A stretch of 64,000 nt of DNA from an uncultured Rivularia sp. (GCA_963665115.1 OY762007.1:7328001-7392000), one strand, 5' to 3'. Shown: positions 51,808 to 63,038, numbered from the stretch's first letter. Program-made: numbers and translations. Notes: generated by a model not told the origin, from the letters alone.

Positions 51808-53181
51808 TTATTTTTTGATCAAAATATATGCTTTAGCGTAGGTTGGTAATTGCTTGATATACCGATTGAAACTGGCTTTACTTTTGAAAATACCCGCCAG
51901 GAAATCGAGTTGATGAAAGTTAGGTAAAAACGCACCACCTGTATCTGCAACTACTCCCATTCTTAAGTGCCTGCGTCCATTTTTCATATACTCGATAACA
52001 ACCATTCTACCCAAACCAACATTCAGTACATCCCCTGCGAAAGTTACTCCAGCTTTAATAGGTATCTTTTCGTCAATTTTATAGCCGTAACCTTTAATAT
52101 CTTTTACTTCTTTAAAATACCAATAACGCTTTTGTAAACGTCTGTTTATTCCTCTCACATAGGGAATTTCATTACTTCTATCTACGTTAAAATAAGCAGA
52201 AGAACCACCACCTAAATCAACTAGTATTGTTCCCTCCATTAAAGCTTCTTCTAAACCTTCTCTACTCATATAAACGATAGGTTTAACTTTGCCAAATTCC
52301 TTTCCACCAGGTTCATAAATACCCGACAATACATCTTGTTTGGTATATTGAGTGTAAAATTTATCTGTTAGAGGGATATCTTGAAGACTGTAAAGAGGTA
52401 TATTGAATTTAGCAGTTTTCTTACGAGAACCAGGATGAACGAATACAGCGTATTTGGTAATTCGTAAATTTTTGCGTCGGGGTTGTTTGGGATTATAAGC
52501 AGACCATTTAATTACCCTAAAATTAGAGTTGATAAAATTTGGGTCTTGTAAACGAGTTGGGCGATTATTGGCAATATCTTCTTGCAATACAGCAATCATA
52601 AAATCAAGAGTTTTTGTAATATCTTCTATAGATACTCCTTGAGTTCCAAGTACCCCCGGACGTAAAATATTTGGATCATCATTTGCATGGTCTTGATAAT
52701 ATTCTCTCGTATTAACTAAAGTCGCTAGTAAATCTTTTTGATTGAAACTTACTTTATTGCTGCTAGGTAATTTGGCAGGACTAAAAAGCTTATTGCCATT
52801 AATGCTGTATTGATATTTTTTTAATTCGTCAATAACCCTGTAAACCTGCGATATTAGCTGAGGTTGATATAAATTATTTGTTAACCCAGTTGTTGATGGG
52901 ATAGTTTGACAAGGAATAGAGCTATTTTGATTGCAAGATGCCGTTTGAAACGCGAAATTTGGAGTTAGCTTCAGACTTGAATTCGTTAAATTATCTCGTT
53001 TGGGTACGGTAGAAACTTTTTGCTGTTTAAAAGATATATTTTTTATGTTTGCTAGAGAATTATTATTTTGAGTCAACTGCTGATTTTCTGATAAACCATA
53101 AGCATAGCCACTTAGACTACCAGCTAACAAAAAACTAGACAAACCTACTACAAAACGCATTTTAGGAATTAACATCTTCAT
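51808..53181 (-). CDS. MltA/3D-domain-like lytic transglycosylase candidate
   Basis: Signal peptide; ITKY, LMEGTI, VVADTGGAF..QLDFLAG resemble MltA motifs. Confidence 0.65.
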   Translation of the reverse strand: MKMLIPKMRFVVGLSSFLLAGSLSGYAYGLSENQQLTQNNNSLANIKNISFKQQKVSTVPKRDNLTNSSLKLTPNFAFQTASCNQNSSIPCQTIPSTTGLTNNLYQPQLISQVYRVIDELKKYQYSINGNKLFSPAKLPSSNKVSFNQKDLLATLVNTREYYQDHANDDPNILRPGVLGTQGVSIEDITKTLDFMIAVLQEDIANNRPTRLQDPNFINSNFRVIKWSAYNPKQPRRKNLRITKYAVFVHPGSRKKTAKFNIPLYSLQDIPLTDKFYTQYTKQDVLSGIYEPGGKEFGKVKPIVYMSREGLEEALMEGTILVDLGGGSSAYFNVDRSNEIPYVRGINRRLQKRYWYFKEVKDIKGYGYKIDEKIPIKAGVTFAGDVLNVGLGRMVVIEYMKNGRRHLRMGVVADTGGAFLPNFHQLDFLAGIFKSKASFNRYIKQLPTYAKAYILIKK

Positions 53182-53353
53182 AAGATTCTGTTGTTCACCA
53201 AATTGATATACCAGGAAAAATCGAATAGGTCAAAGGTTAAAACTTTTCACTCTCAACTTTTAACTCTTAACTGATTACTTTTTCTTCCCCCTCTCTAACT
53301 TCATGGAGCAAAAATACTTCATAATATATAAAAGTTCGCTCTCATAAATCACG

Positions 53354-54148
53354 ATGTATTTAACTTACTTAGACAGCAACAGCTGGTTAATTGAAATTGG
53401 GGGTCAAAATATATTGATCGATCCTTGGCTGGTTGGTTCCCTAACTTTCGCTAATTTAGATTGGCTGTTCAAAGGTTCTCGTCCTCAAGAACGTCCCATA
53501 CCAGAAAAAATTGACCTGATTTTACTATCTCAGGGTTTGGAAGATCACGCTCATCCACCAACGTTAAAGCAACTCAAGCGCGATATTCCCGTTGTCGCTT
53601 CTGAAAATGCGGCTAAAGTTGTGAATCAATTAGATTACCAACAGGTGAATTCGCTTGCTCACGGTGAAACTTTTACTCTCAACGGCAGTGTCGAAATTAC
53701 AGCTACTCCCGGTTCTCCCATAGGTCCGACTTTAGTTGAAAACGGATATTTGCTTAAAGAACTTGAAACCGGCTTTACTCTTTACTACGAACCTCACGGT
53801 TATCATTCTGAATTGCTGAAAAAATCCGCTCCCATTGATGTTGTCATCACCCCATTGATAGATTTAGGCTTGCCACTCATCGGACCAATTATTAAAGGTA
53901 AAGAAAAAGCTTTAGAAGTCGCTCAATGGCTGGAACCCCAAATAATGTTACCGACGGCCGCTGGTGGTGATATAACCTTTGAAGGATTGCTAATGAACTT
54001 TATTAAACCAGAAGGAACCGTTGAAGAATTTAGTTCCTTGTTACAGCAACATAATATATCAGCCCAAGTACTCGAACCAAAAAGTGGAGAGCGGACTTTA
54101 TTAGATTTGAAAAAGCGAGCAGTTTTGGGAGTAGGGAGTAGCAAGTAG
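53354..54148 (+). CDS. MBL-fold metallo-hydrolase
   Basis: ILIDPWL, LLSQGLEDHAH, YEPHG. Confidence 0.88.
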   Translation: MYLTYLDSNSWLIEIGGQNILIDPWLVGSLTFANLDWLFKGSRPQERPIPEKIDLILLSQGLEDHAHPPTLKQLKRDIPVVASENAAKVVNQLDYQQVNSLAHGETFTLNGSVEITATPGSPIGPTLVENGYLLKELETGFTLYYEPHGYHSELLKKSAPIDVVITPLIDLGLPLIGPIIKGKEKALEVAQWLEPQIMLPTAAGGDITFEGLLMNFIKPEGTVEEFSSLLQQHNISAQVLEPKSGERTLLDLKKRAVLGVGSSK

Positions 54149-54388
54149 GGAGTAGTAAGTAGGGAGTAGCAAGTAGGGAGTAGCAAGTAGGGAGTAGTAA
54201 GTAGGGAGTAGTAAGTAGGGAGTAGTAAGTAGGGAGTAGTAAGTAGGGAGTAGGGAGTAGGGAGTAGTAAGTAGGGAGTAGTAAGTAGGGAGTAGTAAGT
54301 AGGGAATAGCAAGTAGGGAGTAGTAAGTAGGGAGTAGTAAGTAGGGAGTAGTAAGTAGGGAGTAGGGAGTAGTAAGTAGGGAGTAGGG
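54127..54388. repeat. Tandem array of GGGAGTA / GGGAGTAGTAAGTA units
   Basis: About 260 bp, overlapping the MBL gene stop. Confidence 0.95.
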
Positions 54389-54665
54389 ATTATGGGAATA
54401 GTTTTTAAGTTAACGAGCAAAAAAGAATATTAAGTGATAATCTAGCGTCCAGGTACTAAAGAACTTAACTTTATACAAGTACTAATATTATTGATTAGCG
54501 ACCAGTTAATATTTAACTTGGTCTATTTTTGTTTTCTATAGCATTTATCTGTTCCCTATGCCCTTGATAATTGTTCTAGAATACAGTCATTTCTCAATAA
54601 ATCTGTTAAATATTTATACAACTAGATTGAACTCTACTTATTCGTAATTGTTACAGGAATCTCTC

Positions 54666-55472
54666 ATGAAGTTAAATTTAGTACGTCCAATGGCATTTAT
54701 TGATTTAGAAACAACAGGAATCGATATTGTTAAAGATAGGATTATACAAATTGCCGTATTAAAAGTATTTCCTGATGGCAACGAAGAAATGAAAACTTGG
54801 GTTATTAATCCTACTATTCCTATTCCTAATGCTTCATCAGAAATACATGGCATTTACGACGAAGATGTAAAAGATAAACCGAATTTTTCAAAAATTGCCG
54901 ATAGTTTAGTAAGCTACATTAATGATAGCGATTTAGCCGGATACAACTCAAATAGATTTGATATTCCTGTATTGATAGCAGAATTTTCGCGTGTTGATAT
55001 CGATTTTAAACTTGAAGGAAGAAGAATTATTGACGTACAAACCATTTTCCATAAAATGGAACCTCGTACTTTGAGAGCAGCTTACAAATATTATTGCGGA
55101 GAGAAATTAGTCGGCGCTCACGACGCAGAAAATGATATTCGCGCTACATATGAAGTATTTAAATCGCAATTAGAACGTTACGAAGATGCCGAATATGAGG
55201 ATAAAGATGGCAATATATCTTATCCCGTAAAAAACAATATGGATGAATTACAAGAATTCGTACCTTTTGATTTTCTCGATCCGACAAAAAGAGTTATTTA
55301 TGACGAACATAACGAAATAATCTTTAATTTTGGTAAATACAAAGGTAAACCTGTTGCTGAATCATTTAAGAAAGAACCAAATTATTACAAGTGGATGATG
55401 GAAAAGGAGTTTTCTGTTTTTACAAAGAAAGCAGTGACTAAAATTTGGGAATCGATGAAAGAAGGAGAGTAG
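54666..55472 (+). CDS. DEDDh 3'-5' exonuclease (DnaQ-like)
   Basis: FIDLETTG, GYNSNRFD, AHDAENDI; C-terminal FNFGKYKG..YYKW. Confidence 0.92.
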   Translation: MKLNLVRPMAFIDLETTGIDIVKDRIIQIAVLKVFPDGNEEMKTWVINPTIPIPNASSEIHGIYDEDVKDKPNFSKIADSLVSYINDSDLAGYNSNRFDIPVLIAEFSRVDIDFKLEGRRIIDVQTIFHKMEPRTLRAAYKYYCGEKLVGAHDAENDIRATYEVFKSQLERYEDAEYEDKDGNISYPVKNNMDELQEFVPFDFLDPTKRVIYDEHNEIIFNFGKYKGKPVAESFKKEPNYYKWMMEKEFSVFTKKAVTKIWESMKEGE

Positions 55473-55621
55473 GGAGTAGGGAGTAGAAAGTAGGGAGTAG
55501 TAAGTAGAAAGTAGGGAGTAGGGAATAGGAAAAAAATTTCAATTAGGGAGCGAGACGCTCCCACTACGAACCTTTATTACCTTTGATGATTAATGGGGCG
55601 CAGTACTAATGTTACGCCAGA

Positions 55622-55797
55622 TTATTCAACAGAACTATTAATTAGAGTAGATAAAACATTTTGAGCATGATTCGCACCTCGGGGAATTCCTTCAATCGTA
55701 GCCATCAAGCTAGCCCCTCCTATCAACAGTAAATATTGTTGGGAAAATGATTCTGAATCTTTTACTCCTGCTTGCTCTGCTAGCTGCTTAACGTGAA
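55622..55797 (-). pseudogene. C-terminal fragment of a TetR-family regulator
   Basis: HVKQLAEQAGVKDSESFSQQYLLLIGGASLMATIEG..HAQNVLSTLI; no HTH present. Confidence 0.6.
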
Positions 55798-56182
55798 GAC
55801 TCCTATTGAGCAACAAGTTATTTATTTAACTGCAAATTATGAAAACTCGTGTAATTACTGTATGGCAGCCCATTCGGGATTAGCCAAAATGATTGGAATG
55901 TCTGATAAAGATATCGAAGCGCTGAGAAATGGAACGCCGATGTCCGATAAAAAGCTACAAGCGCTACGTCACTTTACGCAGAAAATGGTGCGGGAACGTG
56001 GTTGGGTTGAAGATAGTGAAATCGAAGTATTTATGGCTGCTGGATATAGCAAACAGCAGGTACTAGAAGTAATTTTGGGTATTGCCATTAAGGTAATGCA
56101 CAATTACACGAACCATATTGCTAAAACTCCTCTAGATAAGCAATTTAACAAAAATGTTTGGTCAAAGCCGAGTGCAAATTGA
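55793..56182 (+). pseudogene. N-terminally truncated carboxymuconolactone decarboxylase/AhpD-like gene
   Basis: TPIEQQVIYLTANYENSCNYCMAAH, GYSKQQVLEVILG..NYTNHIAKTPLD; begins mid-domain. Confidence 0.65.
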
Positions 56183-56210
56183 TGGTTTGATTTATGAGTT
56201 GAAATTAAAA

Positions 56211-58268
56211 TCACCGAGAACCTGTAGAAGGTGGTATTTTCTCAATACTAATCAACGACTCCATTACCTTTTTTGCAATGGGTGCTGCAACGGTACTACC
56301 GTAAGTATTTTCTCCTTGGGGTTCGTCTACCAATGCCAAAACTACATAGCGAGGTGTTTCTACTGGCAAAATACTCACAAAGCTAGTAATTCTTGAATCC
56401 GGATCGTAACCACCACTCGAACTAGCTTTTTCTGCTGTACCAGTTTTGCCTGCAATCCGATATCCAGGAATTTGCGCGGCTTTACCCGAACCCTTATCAA
56501 CCACGCTTTCCATCATTTGGATTACGGTTTGAGTTGTGGTTGGCGAAAAAATTTGGCGGGGTGCTGGTAACTCTTGCTCTTCGTGGATTTGCTCTTTATC
56601 ATCTATCAGCCCCTTCACTACATGGGGAGTCACCAATCTACCACCATTAGCTAATGCTCCATGCATTTGAATTAATTGTAATGGTGTTAGCGAAAAACCT
56701 TGACCGAAGGAAGCTGCTGCTGGTTCAATTGGCGAATTAGTAAATTCTTCCTGGGGTTTAAGACGACTGCTGGTTTCAAATGGTAAATCTGTCTCAGATT
56801 TCTGCCTCAATCCCAATCTTTCTAACCAACCGTAGTAAATACTTGGCTGCATTCGCTGGATGATTTTGACCATACCAATGTTGCTGGAAGTTTGCAGAAT
56901 TCGAGCAACATTGATTCTTCCATTCGCGTTTTTCTCTGCATTTCTAATTTCACGGTCTGCTACTTTGATTAATCCCGTATCATTAAACACGTCGTTCGGC
57001 CGAATACTGCCAGTTTCTAAAGCGATCGCCACATTTAACGGTTTGAAGGTTGAACCGGGTTCGTATAAGTCAGCTACAGCCCAATTTCTAAAAAGAGCAT
57101 AATCCTCTTTAGTAAATTTTTGATTGGGGTTGTAAGTCGGCGAACAAGCCAGAGCCAGGATAGAACCATCCCAAGCATCCATGACTATTACCGCTCCGCG
57201 CTTAGCTTTAAATTTTTCTATTTGTTGGGTGAGTGCCAATCTCGAAGCCCGTTGCAAACGACTATCAATAGTCAACTGCATCCGCAATTTATCAAAATTC
57301 AGAAATCCATCTGGCGCATGATCTGGCATCAATGCACCATTTCCCGCTCTTGACAAACGCACCGTTTTCATGGAACGTTCGAGCAACTTCTCCTGAGAAT
57401 ATTCTATTCCTGCTTTACCGCGACGATCTGAATTTACAAAACCAACTATATCAGCTACCAAACTATCAGAAGGGTAATATCGAGAGAATTTTTTCCTTAA
57501 ATCTATACCGTTAAGTTTCAACGCACTAATTTGGTCTGCAACTTCTTCTTGTAGTTTAGAAGAAATAAAAATACCGCTTTTTTGTTTATTAAATTTTGCT
57601 TCTAATTCGTCAGCATCAGTATTCAGAATAGTTCCAAGCTTGCGTGCAATCTCAGATTTAGACTTACCTTCGTCAAACATCTTCGGATGTACGTACAAGG
57701 TGTAAATCGGAAGGTCAATTGCTACAACCCTTTTATTGCGGTCTACTATTTGGCGACGAGGAATAAAAGGACGCATACTAAACATCTGCTGGTTTCGCGC
57801 CTTTTTGGTTAATTTGGCACCATCAATAATTTGTAAACGGTATAAATTTATTCCTAACCCCAAGCAAGCAGCCATTAATATACCCCAAACTATAAATAAT
57901 CGCTTTTTCGGGTTAGGTGAAAGCTGCGAGGATTTTGCTGCAAATTTTCGCTTATTTCTAGTCCTTGGAATATCGCGATTCAAACGCGACTGTGTATAAT
58001 CCTTTTTAGAAATTTTACTGGTTTTACCTGGAAACTTCTGCATACATCGCTGCTCCTTCGTAGAGTCTTGAGGAAAACTTGCGCCGATCCCCTTTTTATA
58101 ATTTTGGATTTTGCGGAAAGTTGAGCCTTCATAAGGTGCGCGGGTTCCCCGCGTTGAGAGAAGTGGCATTGGGGCGTAGATTTTCTTCCCCTTAAACTTT
58201 CCCGCGACAGATTTTAGATTTTTCTGTTCCTTGAACCAAAATTGAAATTTTAAAATTAATCGGGTCAA
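56211..58268 (-). CDS. ftsI: Class B penicillin-binding protein (FtsI/PBP3-like)
   Basis: YEPGSTFK, SSN, KTGT; RRQIVDRN; start may be later (ATG 58043). Confidence 0.9.
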   Translation of the reverse strand: MTRLILKFQFWFKEQKNLKSVAGKFKGKKIYAPMPLLSTRGTRAPYEGSTFRKIQNYKKGIGASFPQDSTKEQRCMQKFPGKTSKISKKDYTQSRLNRDIPRTRNKRKFAAKSSQLSPNPKKRLFIVWGILMAACLGLGINLYRLQIIDGAKLTKKARNQQMFSMRPFIPRRQIVDRNKRVVAIDLPIYTLYVHPKMFDEGKSKSEIARKLGTILNTDADELEAKFNKQKSGIFISSKLQEEVADQISALKLNGIDLRKKFSRYYPSDSLVADIVGFVNSDRRGKAGIEYSQEKLLERSMKTVRLSRAGNGALMPDHAPDGFLNFDKLRMQLTIDSRLQRASRLALTQQIEKFKAKRGAVIVMDAWDGSILALACSPTYNPNQKFTKEDYALFRNWAVADLYEPGSTFKPLNVAIALETGSIRPNDVFNDTGLIKVADREIRNAEKNANGRINVARILQTSSNIGMVKIIQRMQPSIYYGWLERLGLRQKSETDLPFETSSRLKPQEEFTNSPIEPAAASFGQGFSLTPLQLIQMHGALANGGRLVTPHVVKGLIDDKEQIHEEQELPAPRQIFSPTTTQTVIQMMESVVDKGSGKAAQIPGYRIAGKTGTAEKASSSGGYDPDSRITSFVSILPVETPRYVVLALVDEPQGENTYGSTVAAPIAKKVMESLISIEKIPPSTGSR

Positions 58269-58371
58269 ATTTACCCGTTCTGCTACTTAACGGTATTCTG
58301 TTTTAACACCCAAATTGAAAAAGTGTATTTGAATTGAAAACGGGGAAAAGATTGATTGAAGATTGCCGATT

Positions 58372-59037
58372 TTAATATCCCACTGCATTTGAAGGTTGCG
58401 ATTGCGATTTATTAGACTCTTTATCAACCTCTCGGGAGCTTGATGGTGCAGTTTCTTCCAAAAAAATAGTGTTTGCTGGAGTCGGCGATACTAATCCTGA
58501 ATGTGGTTTTTCAGCTTCTTGCGCCATTCTATTTTTAAGCGCCTCATCATGCTTTGTTAGCTGACGTTCATCCCGTTGCAATTCCTGCAACTTTTGATAC
58601 GAGCTACTCCAAAGATGCTGAGAGTATACCGTCCAACCATAAACTACTAACGTTGCACTCACTAATAAAAAAGTTATCGCCGCACTGTGTCGGTGAAGCG
58701 AGTTCCAGCGCATTAACCATAGGGGCACTTTGCTGCCATCTGGCATTACAGGAATTGCTTTGCGATCGCGCAGACTAGAATTTTGATTATTTACACGCTG
58801 GGGTTTGACTTTTCCCGGTTGTGGTGTACTTGAAGCAATGCTCGAACTATTCTTTGACCAAAAAGAAGGAGTTGAACGTCTTCTTTTACTTAATAATTCC
58901 TGTTGGGATTTTGGTAAGGGTGTAAGGCTGGTATGTTCCGGCGCTCTATAACTCCTGAAACTGGTTTCTTGACGAGTAGAATCTCGCCCTAACCACCGTT
59001 TTTTCCCTCTTAGATTTGATTTACGAATAGCAGCCAT
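58372..59037 (-). CDS. FtsL-like bitopic coiled-coil protein
   Basis: Basic N-terminus, one TM, coiled coil; directly upstream of ftsI. Confidence 0.65.
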   Translation of the reverse strand: MAAIRKSNLRGKKRWLGRDSTRQETSFRSYRAPEHTSLTPLPKSQQELLSKRRRSTPSFWSKNSSSIASSTPQPGKVKPQRVNNQNSSLRDRKAIPVMPDGSKVPLWLMRWNSLHRHSAAITFLLVSATLVVYGWTVYSQHLWSSSYQKLQELQRDERQLTKHDEALKNRMAQEAEKPHSGLVSPTPANTIFLEETAPSSSREVDKESNKSQSQPSNAVGY

Positions 59038-59526
59038 AAGTTTTTACATTAGAAATACTGTACTTTAGATAGAGAGCAAATATTAACACAATATCCGTAA
59101 TATTTTTTACAAATTATTGACTTCGTATGTGGCTCTCCTTTCTAAACTATTTGTAAAAATAGCTTTAGTTAGCTTGAATATTAAGACCGCTATAATTCCA
59201 CAATTAGTTCGCCGCATCATAGCATCAAAAGTATGAGAATATGTATCGCCAAGAGACATAGTGCTTCGGCTGCATCATAATTTCTGGTATGATAGCCTGT
59301 TTTGTAGTCAGAATAACCCGCATCAGTTGGGAAGTAATAAATTTACAATCGTTTAACGCTTGTATTAACTATAGAAACGGCTAACGTAAGTAATGGTCAG
59401 TATAAAAATGAATAATTTATTCTACAAAAACTAATCAAAACTACAATATTTAAAAAAATCATCAAATAAGGTATCGTATTCAACAGGCTAAAAATAGTTC
59501 TTGACTAAATTGGTGAAAGAGGAGTT

Positions 59527-59685
59527 ATGAAAATTAAAATCTTTGGTTTTGCTTTATTGTTGGGTTTGGCTACAACTCTTGGAGCTTGCGAAAGCGCTGA
59601 AGAAACACCTGTAGACACAACTGCACCTGCTGGAGAACCTGCTGATGGTGGTGCTGTTACCCCCGAACCAACCCCTACCCCATAG
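59527..59685 (+). CDS. Small 52-aa lipoprotein (absent from ORF track)
   Basis: GAGGAG RBS; MKIKIFGFALLLGLATTLGA-CESAEETPVDTTAPAGEPADGGAVTPEPTPTP*. Confidence 0.85.
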   Translation: MKIKIFGFALLLGLATTLGACESAEETPVDTTAPAGEPADGGAVTPEPTPTP

Positions 59686-59867
59686 TTGACAGTAAGTACT
59701 TGGATTGCTGCCGCTATTTTTTGTAGGTCGCTCCTGATTTTCTTTTGCTTTACTACCTAAAAGTAAGAAGAAAGTTAGCTGTTGCTCCGAGCAATTCGAC
59801 AATAATGTATCGTGCTTTGGGACTAATGTTTTTCTATTCCCTTCGTAAGCTTCGATTCAAAAAGTAG

Positions 59868-59901
59868 ACCTGGTAATGATTATCAAGATTGCCAGGTTTT
59901 T
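59868..59901 (+). terminator. Probable terminator
   Basis: acctggtaat..attgccaggt followed by tttt. Confidence 0.55.
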
Positions 59902-60102
59902 ATGTTTGTCCCGATCGAGTTGTAGAATTTTAATGGTTATTTATCAACAAGACTTTAAACTCGCTCGTTGTCGTGTTGATAAAAAAAATAAGAGTTTACT
60001 CTATGGTTATGGTTGGAGATAAAAAGCTGTACAATAAAATCTCTAAATTTGAAATTATTTTTTAGTATTTTTGAACTAAGTAGATAGATAAAATCATAAA
60101 TA

Positions 60103-60438
60103 ATGAGGATAAAAAAAGGTCAAAAAGCAGTCTTATTAATACTTTTAACTGCGATATCACTTATTTTATTACAATTAACCGCATACCATAAAACGTTTGT
60201 AATTGCATTACCCCCAAGTATTGATATTCCAGAAGAAATATTGCGAACAGAAATTATTTTAGAAGCGCGATCGCCAATTGACGGTCAACCTCTGAGTGCC
60301 GCAGAATATGCTCAGTTACAGGCTCAAATAAAAACACGTCCTTATCCCCCAAAACTCAGCCCCAATGTCCGGGAAACAGTATTCCTGCTACGCTTACGTA
60401 AGATATTGAAAACACTTTTCCCATTTGTGAAATTTTAA
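60103..60438 (+). CDS. Conserved cyanobacterial hypothetical protein
   Basis: Signal-like start; ALPP..DIPEEILRTEIILEARSPIDGQPLSAAEY. Confidence 0.8.
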   Translation: MRIKKGQKAVLLILLTAISLILLQLTAYHKTFVIALPPSIDIPEEILRTEIILEARSPIDGQPLSAAEYAQLQAQIKTRPYPPKLSPNVRETVFLLRLRKILKTLFPFVKF

Positions 60439-60629
60439 GATCGGGTATTGGGCATAGCTTAAAGGTTAAAGGTCAAAGGTAAGTTAAATTCTTAACTCCT
60501 AACTCCTAACTCCAATCTTTCTTCCTCTAGGGGCGGGCAAAGATTACTAATAAATGTAAAGAATATATATAGAAATACAAAAAGAAAGTAGATTCTCTCT
60601 CATCCATAATATCTAACATAATCAGCTTC

Positions 60630-62925
60630 ATGTCTATGACCACTATTGCCCCAGAACAGGTTAACAGCATCATTGGGAACCAACATCACGATCCTTTTGA
60701 GATACTCGGTTCCCATCAAATAGAAAAGGAAGGCCGGATGGTCTGGGTTGTGCGAGCTTATCTGCCCACTGCGAGTGCTGCATGGGTAGTTCTTCCGGAG
60801 GAACGGAAGGAAAAAGAAATGCAAAGCGTACATGACCCCCACTTTTTTGAATGTACGATAGATACTGAAGAATTAAATAACTATCAACTCAAGATTAAGG
60901 AAGAAGGCCAAGAGCGGGTATTTTATGATGCTTATGCTTTCCATTCTCCCAAGCTGACGGAATTCGATTTACACCTGTTTAATGAGGGAAATCATCACAG
61001 AATTTACGAAAAATTAGGAGCGCATTTTACTGAGATTAAAGGTGTAAAAGGTGTTTACTTTGCGGTTTGGGCACCGAATGCACGTAATGTGTCCGTGTTG
61101 GGAGATTTTAATAGTTGGGATGGGCGCAAGCATCAGATGCGTAGAGGTTCCACTGGAGTTTGGGAGCTATTTATTCCTGGATTAGAAGTAGGAGAACATT
61201 ACAAATACGAAATCAAAAACTCCACAGGACATATTTACGAAAAATCCGATCCCTACGGTTTTGCTCAGGAAGTTCGTCCTAAAACTGCCTCTATTGTCAC
61301 TGACTTAGACAGTTATAAATGGAATGACAGCGAATGGATGGACAAACGCCGTCATGCCGATCCATTGAACCAGCCTGTTTCAGTTTACGAAGTACATTTG
61401 GGTTCTTGGCTGCACGCGGGTACTGACGAACCGTCTAAATTCCCAGACGGTAGTTTAGAGCCAATAGTAAAGGTTTCGGAACTAAAACCTGGGGCACGTT
61501 TTCTAACTTATCGAGAATTAGCAGCAAAACTGATTCCTTATGTTAAAGAATTGGGATATACCCATATTGAAATTCTCCCAGTTGCCGAACACCCTTTTGA
61601 TGGTTCTTGGGGATATCAAGTAACAGGTTATTACGCTCCTACCTCCCGTTTTGGTAGTCCCGAAGACTTTATGTACTTTGTGGATGAATGCCATAAAAAC
61701 GACATCGGTATACTTGTAGACTGGGTTCCCGGTCACTTTCCTAAAGATGGGCATGGTTTAGCCTTCTTCGACGGCACGCATCTTTACGAACACGCAGATC
61801 CCCGTAAAGGCGAACACAAAGAGTGGGGAACTCTGGTGTTTAATTATTCGCGTCATGAAGTGCGTAATTTCCTGAGTGCGAATGCTTTATTCTGGTTTGA
61901 TAAATATCATATTGATGGCATTCGCGTTGATGCGGTAGCTTCAATGCTTTATCTTGATTATTGCCGCGAACCTGGCACATGGGTTACAAATCAATATGGC
62001 GGTAGAGAAAACTTAGAAGCCGCAGAATTTATCCGACAAACAAATCACCTCATCTTCAGTTATTTCCCTGGTTCTCTTTCCATTGCCGAAGAATCGACTT
62101 CATGGCCGATGGTATCATGGCCTACATATACCGGCGGATTGGGCTTTAACCTGAAGTGGAACATGGGTTGGATGCATGATATGCTCGATTATTTCAGCAT
62201 GGACCCCTTGGTTCCGTCAGTTTCATCAAAACAATCTGACTTTTAGTATGTGGTACAACCACAGCGAAAACTTCATGTTGGCGCTCTCCCATGACGAAGT
62301 AGTGCATGGCAAGAGTAATATTATCGGTAAGATGCCCGGAGATAGATGGCAAAAGTTCGGAAATACGCGTTGTTTGTTTGCCTATATGTTCGCTCATCCC
62401 GGCAAGAAAACCATGTTTATGAGCATGGAATTTGGGCAGTGGAGCGAATGGAATGCTTGGGCAGATTTAGAGTGGAGCTTGATGCAGTTTGAGCCACATC
62501 AACAGCTAAAAGTATTCTTCCAAGATTTAAACAAACTTTACCGTAACGAACCCGCTTTATATACTCAAGATTTTGAAGAACAGGGGTTTCAATGGATTGA
62601 CTGTAGCGACAACCGTCACAGCGTAGTTTCATTTATCCGTCGCGATAAAGATTCAGATGGTTTTGTCGTTGCTGTTTGTAATTTCACTCCACAACCTCAT
62701 TCTCATTATCGTATTGGCGTACCGGAACCCGGATTTTATACCGAATTATTCAATAGCGATGCCCGAGAATATGGCGGTAGCAACATGGGTAATTTAGGCG
62801 GTAAATGGACTGATAGCTGGTCAATGCACAATCAAGAACACTCCTTGGATTTATGTCTACCACCTTTAGGAGTATTAGTTTTGAAATTGGATAAAGATAA
62901 AACTGCTAAGGTGATGGAACAATAA
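60630..62925 (+). CDS. glgB: 1,4-alpha-glucan branching enzyme; apparent +1 indel at ~62205
   Basis: [34 protein letters not shown], then [10 protein letters not shown] in the second frame. Confidence 0.95.
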
Positions 62926-62973
62926 TTTAGGGAACAGTTAACAGTGAGTAGTGAGTAGTGATTAGTTGTAGTT

Positions 62974-63038
62974 AACAGCCCGACGGGGAATGCAATTCCC
63001 CGTCTAATAGCTAAAGTCCTATAAATAGGACTGAAATA
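62974..63038. repeat. REP-like double hairpin
   Basis: gacggggaat gca attccccgtc and agtccta taaa taggact. Confidence 0.6.

Noticed and set aside
59554..59802. 82-aa minus-strand ORF
   Set aside because: Overlaps the better-supported plus-strand lipoprotein gene
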